Origin: Syntrophorhabdaceae bacterium
GTDB lineage: Bacteria; Desulfobacterota; Syntrophorhabdia; Syntrophorhabdales; Syntrophorhabdaceae
DNA: 64,000 bases
Assembly: GCA_963665295.1 (NCBI GenBank)
Contig: OY762209.1
Location: 3,488,001-3,552,000, forward strand
Direction: 5' to 3'
Of the stretch, positions 56,481 to 64,000 are shown one piece after another. Position 1 is the stretch's first letter; the number at the start of each line of letters is the position of its first letter. The notes under the pieces are model-generated. The model was not told the DNA's origin. It was given only the letters and a program-made list of their open reading frames with translations, and ran no database searches. A program made the translations under genes and the position numbers.

Positions 56481-56679
56481 CTAATTGTACCAGAATACGT
56501 GCGATATTGAGACAAGTATTTCCCGGCGCACCATAAGCTGCAACCGTGAGGTCTCGATGCGGCACGCGGTTCGGGAAAGCACAAGGAAGAGGGTGGCGGG
56601 AGTATACAGACCGGAAGAACAATTCAGAGGGGATAAACCGGACATTTCTACTTTGCCGGGACGGGGATGCTATTTGTCC

Positions 56680-56708
56680 TTGACTTTACTGTCTTTTTTT
56701 ACTATCAT
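56680..56708 (+). promoter_or_regulatory. Promoter of stand-alone rplC
   Basis: TTGACT-17 bp-TATCAT; GGAGGTG RBS at 56721. Confidence 0.6.
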
Positions 56709-56734
56709 TTAAGACTTTTCGGAGGTGAAGGATA

Positions 56735-57379
56735 ATGGGAATCGGTTTACTTGGAAAGAAACTCGGAATGACACAAATATTCGGCGAAGATGGGGCTGCT
56801 ATACCGGTAACGGTGATCCTGGCGGGTCCGTGTGCGATCGTGCAGAAAAAAACCGTTTCGAGCGACGGATATGACGGACTTCAGCTCGGTTTTCAGGAGA
56901 TCAGCAAGGCAAATCGCGTAAATAAACCTTTTGGCGGACATTTCAAAAAGGTAAACGTTACGCCCAGGAGTTTTGTCAGGGAGTTCAGAGTCGATGCGGA
57001 AGAACTGGAAGCCCACGAGGTGGGCACTGAGATCTCCGTTGAGATATTCGAGCCCGGACAGTATGTCGATGTAACAGGCACGTCTAAAGGCAAGGGATTT
57101 GCGGGCGTTATCAAAAGACATCACTTCAAGGGAGCGCCGGCATCACGGGGAACCCATGAGTTTTTCCGGCATGGCGGCTCGATCGGCCGGAATATGACCC
57201 CTGGACGGACCATGAAGGGAACGAAAATGCCGGGGCAGATGGGCTCCAAGAGAGTTACGGTACAGAGCCTTAAGGTAGTAGACGTGCGGGAGGATACCAA
57301 CATCCTCATGGTAGAGGGCGCCATTCCGGGTCCGACAAACGGATTTGTCATAATAAAGAAAGCAGTGAAGAAATCCTGA
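56735..57379 (+). CDS. rplC: 50S ribosomal protein L3 (monocistronic)
   Basis: GKKLGMTQIF, PVTVI, VDVTGTSKGKGFAGVIKR, GSIG, KMPGQMG, GAIPG. Confidence 0.96.
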   Translation: MGIGLLGKKLGMTQIFGEDGAAIPVTVILAGPCAIVQKKTVSSDGYDGLQLGFQEISKANRVNKPFGGHFKKVNVTPRSFVREFRVDAEELEAHEVGTEISVEIFEPGQYVDVTGTSKGKGFAGVIKRHHFKGAPASRGTHEFFRHGGSIGRNMTPGRTMKGTKMPGQMGSKRVTVQSLKVVDVREDTNILMVEGAIPGPTNGFVIIKKAVKKS

Positions 57380-57415
57380 GTAACGGGATTTTTGAACTGA
57401 ATAATGAGAACACGT

Positions 57416-57442
57416 AAGGGCCGGTGACGAACCGGCCCTTTT
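57416..57442 (+). terminator. Intrinsic terminator after rplC
   Basis: AAGGGCCGGT-GACGA-ACCGGCCCTTTT. Confidence 0.8.
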
Positions 57443-57636
57443 CATTGGCAGAAACGTCCACGGGTATTAGGTCTGTAATACCTGACACATCGCCTCGGGC
57501 GGGTATAGCCTGCACAAATCTCAAAACCGTGAATGCCTTGTCGGGGTCTGAGACGGTTGGAACCATGACCGGTAAGGGCATGCAAGAGTGTTGGAAGGAT
57601 GCGAGGCGCCTCTTGAAGTAGATGACAGGGGTCGGC

Positions 57637-58383
57637 TTAGCGGATGATCCGGTCTGTGACGAATTGAGAGAGTTTTCTGACCCCTTGTCGGAAAGGCTTT
57701 GTATGAAAACCCGGGCGCCATTTGTGGCCGGTCAGGAGGTCGGATACGACAAGGAAGGCAATCCCCTTGATCTCCTTGAAATTACACACGCTGTAGAAGG
57801 AAGCCACCTCCATCTCGACGCCGCTCAAACCCATTTCCCGGTACTTCGCGATTTTTCCCGCAGTTTCCCTGTAGATTGCGTCACAACTCCATATAAGACC
57901 GTCAAGAAAGCCCTGGTCCTTCGCCGCATCAGCCCACGGGTCAAACCAGTTGGAGTAGACGATGGGGTCGTCGCTGCCGGAATAATGATAGGAGATGCCG
58001 TCCTCTCTCAAGGCGCCCCTGGAAGTGATGACGTCGCCGATGCGGATGTTTTCGTTGATGCCGCCGCAGTAACCCCAGAGAATGAATTCCTCCACCCCGA
58101 AAGAGGATAGTTCTTCCACGAGGGCCGCTATGTTAGGTCCTCCTATTTGAGAACGGGTAATGACTGTTTGGGACCCTTCGATGAGAAATATCTGCCGGAA
58201 AGGCGCCCAGGATTCAACGAGCCCGACCTTCATGCGCCGGGATATGGCATTGATGTCTCCCGGACCAAAGGTTACGATCGCCCTCGGGGGAAGGGCAAGC
58301 CTCTCCGCAGTGCTCCTGGTAAGGGCGAGCACCAGATCCCGCGGATCTAAAAGAGGTAAGGACGAGTCAAAAAGCTGTCTCAA
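57637..58383 (-). CDS. Nucleoside phosphorylase family (PNP/UDP) protein
   Basis: IGGP, GYCGG, ALREDGIS.HY, WSCDAIYRET, VEME, VVSD. Confidence 0.85.
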   Translation of the reverse strand: MRQLFDSSLPLLDPRDLVLALTRSTAERLALPPRAIVTFGPGDINAISRRMKVGLVESWAPFRQIFLIEGSQTVITRSQIGGPNIAALVEELSSFGVEEFILWGYCGGINENIRIGDVITSRGALREDGISYHYSGSDDPIVYSNWFDPWADAAKDQGFLDGLIWSCDAIYRETAGKIAKYREMGLSGVEMEVASFYSVCNFKEIKGIAFLVVSDLLTGHKWRPGFHTKPFRQGVRKLSQFVTDRIIR

Positions 58384-58858
58384 GGAACCGCCTCTTGAGC
58401 CGTGCGTACGATTCCATGATATGCTCCGAAATAACCCTCACATCCCCCATGACTGCCATGAAATTGGTGTCGCCGAACCATCTCGGGACAATATGGATGT
58501 GAAAGTGATCCTCCAGTCCGGCCCCTGCGGCCCTTCCTGAATTGATGCCGATATTCACGCCATGGGCATTGAACTCATCCTTCAAAATAGTGGACATGGT
58601 TTTTACGAGCCTGATGGCGTCGAGAGCCTCGTCGTCGGTCAATTCCTCTATGGATCCCGCATGTCTCACAGGGACCACCATGACGTGGCCGTTTGTGTAG
58701 GGATACCGGTTCATGATTACAAAGGCGGAACCCCTCCTGCCTATCACGAGTGACTCCTCGTCGTGACCTTCCTCTGTGCATAGAAAACACTTCTTATCTT
58801 CTTTTGTGCTGTCGCTGCCTACATACGCCATTCTCCATGGCGCCCAAATTCTTTCCAT
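58367..58858 (-). CDS. HIT-family protein (Ap4A phosphorylase/hydrolase-like)
   Basis: IWAPWRMAYV, CFLC, NRYPYTNGH, HFHIHIVPRW.GD.NF. Confidence 0.9.
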   Translation of the reverse strand: MERIWAPWRMAYVGSDSTKEDKKCFLCTEEGHDEESLVIGRRGSAFVIMNRYPYTNGHVMVVPVRHAGSIEELTDDEALDAIRLVKTMSTILKDEFNAHGVNIGINSGRAAGAGLEDHFHIHIVPRWFGDTNFMAVMGDVRVISEHIMESYARLKRRFLETAF

Positions 58859-58859
58859 A

Positions 58860-59372
58860 TCAATCCCTCAAAAATATGTAGTCTTTCCAGTAGTCAGGCA
58901 TGGCGTTCATCCCAACCAGGAGCATAATCATGTAGAAGCCGTTCGGCCTCGCCGGTTTCTTGCGGGGGCGCATACCCATCTCCTCCGGAAGCTTGTCGCC
59001 CTTCTTCAGGTTGCATTGGGTGCAGCACGTTATAATGTTTGTCCATTCCGCTGCTCCGCCTCTTGACCTGGGGATTATGTGGTCGCAGGTCAGGCTTTTG
59101 GGTTCGAACTTTTTTCCGCAGTACTGACAGGTATAATTATCCCGCAGAAAAATGTTCCTTCTGGAGAACTTGACGTTTATATGGTTGTTCCGCACAAGCC
59201 TCAAAAGGCGGATCACCGCGGGCTGTCTCATGCTCACGGACACACCTTTGATCTCCCTTTCATATTCCTTCAGGACCTCGACCTTGCCGAGAAAAACAAG
59301 GGTTACCGCTTTTTTCCATGATAGAACGCTAATGGGCTCAAAGGTGGTGTTAAGGAGGAGTGTCCTATCCAT
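58860..59372 (-). CDS. HNH endonuclease (McrA-like small family); start at ATG 59372
   Basis: LLLN..FEP, RRNIFLRD.YTCQYCG, DHIIPRSRGG...W.N....C..CN..K. Confidence 0.9.
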   Translation of the reverse strand: MDRTLLLNTTFEPISVLSWKKAVTLVFLGKVEVLKEYEREIKGVSVSMRQPAVIRLLRLVRNNHINVKFSRRNIFLRDNYTCQYCGKKFEPKSLTCDHIIPRSRGGAAEWTNIITCCTQCNLKKGDKLPEEMGMRPRKKPARPNGFYMIMLLVGMNAMPDYWKDYIFLRD

Positions 59373-59557
59373 AAACCTATTGAAAATTAACGTTTTTGCG
59401 GCCTTCTTGTCAAGGCTTTTCAGATTGTGCGCAGGCTTCACGTCATGGACCGGTCATGTGCCACTGGTACGAATTCAATGAAGGCATTAAACTTCTTGTG
59501 GCATGAGACGCGAATCTATGGTAATTATGGGTATAGCAGTATTTAAGGGAGGGACGC

Positions 59558-60070
59558 ATGCCGATATTTGACGAAGACGACAAAGAGATACACGACCTCG
59601 AAGGTTACCCGAATCTGGGTGCAACAAAGACGAGGATCAAGAAGGAGAAAGTAAAGATCAAATTTCCGGACGTGTTCAAAAAGGTACCGGTTTTCAGCAT
59701 AGTTCTCGTGGTGCTCATTATTCTTCTTGGTATAATGACGTTTTCTCTCGCGGCCAGGGTATGGACCCTCAGCGCCGAGATAGAGGACATAAAGGCAATC
59801 AAGAGTCAAATGGCGACTATTCAGGCCAACATTACGGCCGATAACGAGGCGTCCAATAAGGAACGAAACAAACTGAAGGGTGAAATTTCACAACTCCAGA
59901 ACGACATGGATGGCATGAAGGCGCAGCAGAGGCACCAGGCTGAAGTCCAGAACCAGAGACAAGCCGAGGCAAAGAAGAAGGCGGCGGCAGCGGCAGAAAA
60001 GAAGACGGTCCCGGAAAAGAAGACGGTCGCCGCAAAAAAGCCTCCGCAGAAAGAAAAGAAGCCCCAATAG
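59558..60070 (+). CDS. Hypothetical single-pass membrane protein with coiled coil and Lys/Ala-rich tail
   Basis: GGAGG RBS; one TM; heptad-rich segment; internal 15-bp repeat at 59996-60028. Confidence 0.7.
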   Translation: MPIFDEDDKEIHDLEGYPNLGATKTRIKKEKVKIKFPDVFKKVPVFSIVLVVLIILLGIMTFSLAARVWTLSAEIEDIKAIKSQMATIQANITADNEASNKERNKLKGEISQLQNDMDGMKAQQRHQAEVQNQRQAEAKKKAAAAAEKKTVPEKKTVAAKKPPQKEKKPQ

Positions 60071-60098
60071 CCCCGGACAACGGTGCAAGGTCGTTGCG

Positions 60099-60794
60099 TT
60101 GAAGGCGAGAGCTGTCATATTCGATATCGATGGTACCCTGATCGACACCTTTGAAGTGTACCATGAGGTGTTTAACCAGGGTATTGCACGTTACAACCTG
60201 GGGCCCGTTTCTCGGGTATTCCTATCCGGTCACTTATCGAAGTCTACCGGTCTTCGGGAGATCCTTCAGGATATTTTTCCCATGGACACCGATGAATCGA
60301 CCTTTGACGCATGCAGGGAGGAAATAAGAGGCCTTTTTCGCCGCGCGGAAGTGACCGGTGTAAGACCCTTTCCCGGGATCGAGGAATTGTTCAACAATCT
60401 GAAAGAAAGAGGCATGAAGATAGGAATTGCCACAGGAAGGATGTCGTCTCAGGAGGATGAGTGGGAAAGATTCAGCCGGTTCGGCCTTGACAGGTTCGTG
60501 AGTGCCATCGTAACGTCGAAAGAAGTTCCGTGTCGTAAGCCGGCGGCCGACGTTATAGTCGAATGTGCACGGAGGCTTGGTGTTCCCACAGGAGAATGTA
60601 TTGCCGTGGGAGACACGGAATCGGACATCATTGCAGCCAGGAGGGCAGGAGCGATGGCGGTGGCTGTTGCCACGGGGCAGGATGACCGCGACCGGCTTTT
60701 AAGGGCGGAGCCGGAAATAGTTTTCCTGAGCGCCAATGACCTCATCGATTTTCTCGAAACCATGGGGAATCGGCCGAAAGACGTACGAAACTGA
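60099..60794 (+). CDS. HAD-family hydrolase (phosphoglycolate phosphatase-like)
   Basis: IFDIDGTLID, IATG, KP, VGDTESDI. Confidence 0.9.
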   Translation: MKARAVIFDIDGTLIDTFEVYHEVFNQGIARYNLGPVSRVFLSGHLSKSTGLREILQDIFPMDTDESTFDACREEIRGLFRRAEVTGVRPFPGIEELFNNLKERGMKIGIATGRMSSQEDEWERFSRFGLDRFVSAIVTSKEVPCRKPAADVIVECARRLGVPTGECIAVGDTESDIIAARRAGAMAVAVATGQDDRDRLLRAEPEIVFLSANDLIDFLETMGNRPKDVRN

Positions 60795-60801
60795 GCCTGC
60801 C

Positions 60802-63207
60802 CTATTTCCACCCCTTCGCTACAATCTCTCTCGATTTACTGTAAGGATATTTTTTGGTGAGACCGGCCACCGATAGTTTCCGGTCCTCTTCGCGCATATA
60901 GTGGATGAGCACCACTGACGCCCAATAGTCGCCATAATAGCTCGTGCCTTTCAACTGCGCGGGGATACCTTTCCTGTTGACCGTATGGCACGCGGCGCAC
61001 GTTACCGGCCCTGCATACTTACCGTCGGGGCTGAACTGGAGAGCCTGTTCGTGGGAAGTGAGGTCCACCGTCGCCTTGGGACCTTCATATCTTACAGGAT
61101 ACAACCCGTGCATCGATTCGTGGCATGTCTGGCACGCAAGGACCCCATGGGCTTTTGAATATCTGTACAGTGCATACTTCCCCGGCTGGTCCATAGGAAA
61201 GTATCTTCCTCCTTCGCTTTCCACAAAGGGCGCCGCGTGGCAGTTTGCGCAGTGGGGCACCCCCGGCGCAAGCCACCAGTCGCTCCCTCCCGAGGCAGCC
61301 GCATAGGTAATGTCCTCGCCTTTGTCTGCGTTCCATGGCAGTACGGTGAGGGTTCCGTTCCTCCCTTTCGAGGTACGTGCAAGGGTCGCTCCCCGGTGTT
61401 CCGCATAGAAGGCATAGAGGGGCTCTCCTTTTGCGCTTACCACAGGGTCCGCAAAGAATTCCCTGAATTTCTTCGCGTCCCCGCCGGCCAACCTTTCGAT
61501 TATGTCGCGGACCGGCTTATTCCTCAGGGTTTTCCCTTTCTGCGCTACCACATCCGTGAGGTTGTCGAAACGGTAAAGCTCATGGGTCAGGTGGTTATGG
61601 CAATTCGTGCAATAGAGTCCCCTCAGGGTCCCGACCTTTTCCCCCGACTCGTCCTTCAGGCTCACCTCGTTAAGATACCATTTGCCTATCTCGTTGAGAA
61701 AGAAAGGGGGAGTCGCATGGGGGTTGGTATGGGCATCCCTCCTCAGGAAACATCCGCCCCCCGAGACCCGCACATCTGCTTCCGAGAACCGGGGGTTTCC
61801 ATTTCCGTCGGTAATGCTGAAAGGATTGGTCGTGGTATCGTTCATTTCGCCGTTTTGCCAATGAGTCGGGTGACAGGCCTGGCAGTTCTGTGTCCTGCCT
61901 GCCTTATCGGGCATGCGGATAGCCCTCGCATGGACGGAGTGTATTGCCTCTGTGAGGGGCCTGGCCCTGACCGGCCTGTACCCCGTGGTTCCGGGCCTCG
62001 GCGACATGAGGTTTCCCGACATGTTGTCCCCGTGGCAGTCGGGACAGTTGACCGCGCCTACCTTGCCGAGCCTGTTGGACGGCGCATCGGAGTTATAGTC
62101 TCTCAGAAAGTTTGTCTTATGTTTCTTGTCGTGGAGTTCGAGGACATTTACCGAAGCAGTGATGAGTCTCGCCATGAATTCGGTGGTATCGGAATATTTC
62201 GTTTTCCAGTACACATATTCTTTGTCGAAAAGGTGCAGTCCCAGTCCTCGAGAGAGGTTTGCGGCAAGTCCCTCCCCGGCATGACAAAGGGCGCAATTCG
62301 ATATATCGACGGGGTTGGTTCCGAAGAATTGAACGACCTTTCCCTGCGTGGTAAGGGGGTCGCCTTTCTCATTTTCCATGCGGACAACCGCGTACTGGTA
62401 CGGCTGAAAGTCCCGTCCCCTGACTGTCCGTATGCTCCCCTTTCTTTTGGAGTCATTGAAAGCCGTGAGGGGAAGACCCAGCGCATCCCACAAGTACGAA
62501 GAGGTAAGCTTGAGGGGAATGTCCCTGACCCCGGCGATCATGGAATCGGTGAACACGATATTACCTCCCTGGGAACCCGAATAGTCCATGTAGCCTCCGG
62601 AGATATTCTTGCCTGATGGACCTGAGTCGATATTTACGGGTATTTCCTTTCCGATATGGAACCTCCGGGTCTGTGCGGGATTCTCCGGCCGGGTGCCCTC
62701 CAGTCCTTTGTAGATGAAAAGGTGGTTCCACACGTAGTTTGCGAGGTTATCCCCGGGACTGCTCATGGTTTCGCCTCCACTCACATCCTTCAGGACCTGC
62801 CAGTATTTCATCTTATTCCCTTCGCTGTAGGTATTGTCTTTTATGGAGTAGGTGAGTCTGACTTTGTCCTCCGGCGACAGGAGGCGAGGTTTTTCGCCTC
62901 CGAGGCCCGACTGTACTGCCTGACTCTGGACGCTATTATAAGGCGGGATAATGCAGCAGTATGACATTTCGAAACCAACGCAATGCATTCCAAGTTCGTA
63001 GTTGACGAAGATGTTGTAAGGGTTCTTCGGGGCATAAGCCGTTCCTTCTTCTCCCGGTGTTTTCGTGTCAACCTTCACGGGTGCGAGGATGGACAACCCA
63101 AAAGGAGGGTCGGGGTTGTAGGGCGCTTCGTCGGTGAGCGCCCCACGGTTATGCGCAAGAATGAGAAGGGCCGCGATAAGAAGCGCCGCGGCCAATGCTT
63201 TCTTCAT
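60802..63207 (-). CDS. Large exported multiheme cytochrome c (7 CxxCH)
   Basis: Signal peptide; ELGMHC; CALCH, CPDCH, CQACH, CTNCH, CANCH, CQTCH, CAACH. Confidence 0.88.
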   Translation of the reverse strand: MKKALAAALLIAALLILAHNRGALTDEAPYNPDPPFGLSILAPVKVDTKTPGEEGTAYAPKNPYNIFVNYELGMHCVGFEMSYCCIIPPYNSVQSQAVQSGLGGEKPRLLSPEDKVRLTYSIKDNTYSEGNKMKYWQVLKDVSGGETMSSPGDNLANYVWNHLFIYKGLEGTRPENPAQTRRFHIGKEIPVNIDSGPSGKNISGGYMDYSGSQGGNIVFTDSMIAGVRDIPLKLTSSYLWDALGLPLTAFNDSKRKGSIRTVRGRDFQPYQYAVVRMENEKGDPLTTQGKVVQFFGTNPVDISNCALCHAGEGLAANLSRGLGLHLFDKEYVYWKTKYSDTTEFMARLITASVNVLELHDKKHKTNFLRDYNSDAPSNRLGKVGAVNCPDCHGDNMSGNLMSPRPGTTGYRPVRARPLTEAIHSVHARAIRMPDKAGRTQNCQACHPTHWQNGEMNDTTTNPFSITDGNGNPRFSEADVRVSGGGCFLRRDAHTNPHATPPFFLNEIGKWYLNEVSLKDESGEKVGTLRGLYCTNCHNHLTHELYRFDNLTDVVAQKGKTLRNKPVRDIIERLAGGDAKKFREFFADPVVSAKGEPLYAFYAEHRGATLARTSKGRNGTLTVLPWNADKGEDITYAAASGGSDWWLAPGVPHCANCHAAPFVESEGGRYFPMDQPGKYALYRYSKAHGVLACQTCHESMHGLYPVRYEGPKATVDLTSHEQALQFSPDGKYAGPVTCAACHTVNRKGIPAQLKGTSYYGDYWASVVLIHYMREEDRKLSVAGLTKKYPYSKSREIVAKGWK

Positions 63208-63220
63208 GGCTTCTTCTCTC

Positions 63221-63880
63221 TCAGTCGGGGCAGGCCGCGCCCTTTTCAGCCCACTCCTTCATGTATTTCACAAATGCTTCGTGGCTCATAGGTACTGCTT
63301 TACGCCCTTCACCAGGGTTCCACCCCCAGAGAACGAGAGGGGCTGTCCGGACATGTTCGACTATCTCCATGGGGGTTCTGTTGCCGTTTTGGGCGGAGTC
63401 CTTCAATTGGACGCACAGTTCGTGAGGCGTCCTTTTCTCGAAGACCATGGGCATGTCTTCGGGCGGTAACTGCCAGCCCGGACTGCCCGGAGGCATATGG
63501 GCGCCGGCCGGGTTTACCGATTGGTGACAGTTGCTGCATTGCATTGCACTCTTACCCATGCCTCCGGGGCCGCGTTTCACCTTCATAGCATGGGTGCGGC
63601 TTTCCTCCCCCTGGAGAGGCGCATCGCCCGCAGGGTGGCAGTTGACGCACCGGGGGTGCAGAAACACGGGGTAAGCGGCGAGGAACGCTTTGGCGGAGGC
63701 CCCGGGGTCCTGAGAGGTCTGGGCGTATACCACGCCTATCCCGGGGATCTTTGCCGTCAGGGTGTTGATGACCGGTGAATCGCCGAGGCTCATGAGACTC
63801 GCGGCTATGATTGCGGAAGAGATCACGGCTCCTGCAAGAACCGCTTTTATGGTCTCCTGTCTTTTGATTGTGCACTTCAT
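63221..63880 (-). CDS. Diheme cytochrome c of the type found beside isoquinoline 1-oxidoreductase-like genes
   Basis: [26 protein letters not shown]...NG.R, LV.WGW.PG.GR, GA.CP. Confidence 0.8.
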   Translation of the reverse strand: MKCTIKRQETIKAVLAGAVISSAIIAASLMSLGDSPVINTLTAKIPGIGVVYAQTSQDPGASAKAFLAAYPVFLHPRCVNCHPAGDAPLQGEESRTHAMKVKRGPGGMGKSAMQCSNCHQSVNPAGAHMPPGSPGWQLPPEDMPMVFEKRTPHELCVQLKDSAQNGNRTPMEIVEHVRTAPLVLWGWNPGEGRKAVPMSHEAFVKYMKEWAEKGAACPD

Positions 63881-63922
63881 GATGGTACCTCCTTCGCTCA
63901 GTGGGACGTTGGATACCCGGAC

Positions 63923-64000
63923 TCAAGTCTTCCTTAAATTCACAGTACCGATGGGCAGGCGCCTGACTCTCACTCCCGTGGCCGCAAAGATTGCGTTGGC
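63923..64000 (-). CDS. C-terminal end of a xanthine dehydrogenase/IorB-family molybdopterin-binding subunit (partial, not in ORF track)
   Basis: Manual translation ANAIFAATGVRVRRLPIGTVNLRKT*, the typical C-terminus of this family. Confidence 0.8.
   Translation of the reverse strand, partial: ANAIFAATGVRVRRLPIGTVNLRKT

Noticed and set aside
58860..59372. HNH gene as a homing endonuclease or mobile element
   Set aside because: No intron, intein, terminal repeats or disrupted host gene; it sits in an operon.
59996..60028. 15-bp direct repeat GAAAAGAAGACGGTC
   Set aside because: It is an in-frame duplication (EKKTV twice) in a low-complexity tail, not a CRISPR repeat or att site.
61237..62616. 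459-aa plus-strand ORF, and similar long antisense ORFs at 40006-41025, 46139-47074, 52449-53552 and 55527-56372
   Set aside because: Each lies antisense to a well-supported gene and has no motifs; such ORFs are expected in GC-rich coding DNA.

Overview
A 64 kb core-genome segment from an anaerobic, deltaproteobacteria-like bacterium. Gene content and 16S style suggest Desulfobacterota, possibly Syntrophorhabdia; I cannot verify this without a search. From left to right it holds: the 3' end of folD; a TAXI-TRAP transporter with DUF1850; a sensor kinase with two REC-HD-GYP regulators; an SDR; a GNAT/DUF362-EndoQ-UvrD operon; bioA; a complete rrn operon (16S, tRNA-Ile, tRNA-Ala, 23S, 5S); a PAS-HD-GYP protein; a sulfur amino-acid cluster (moeB-like, cysK, Rrf2, metY, metX, metW); a compact class II RNR with pncA; DJ-1, rtcB and archease; an 8-gene Wsp-like chemosensory operon; glcD; an SLT; ygiQ; a stand-alone rplC; an HNH-HIT-nucleoside phosphorylase operon; and an IorB-like Mo-enzyme/diheme/7-heme cytochrome operon running off the right edge. 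I found no CRISPR array, transposase or prophage. The best candidates for undescribed biology are: (1) the Wsp-like pathway, whose WspR-type receiver is fused to a PP2C/SpoIIE phosphatase instead of GGDEF and whose CheB lacks the phospho-acceptor Asp; (2) the Mo-hydroxylase to multiheme cytochrome electron-transfer module; (3) the EndoQ and short-2B UvrD pair, both ending in clamp-binding-like tails and co-transcribed with a GNAT-DUF362 Fe-S protein; (4) an orphan L3 gene with a divergent PTC-proximal loop. All family assignments come from motif recognition by eye, not database searches.
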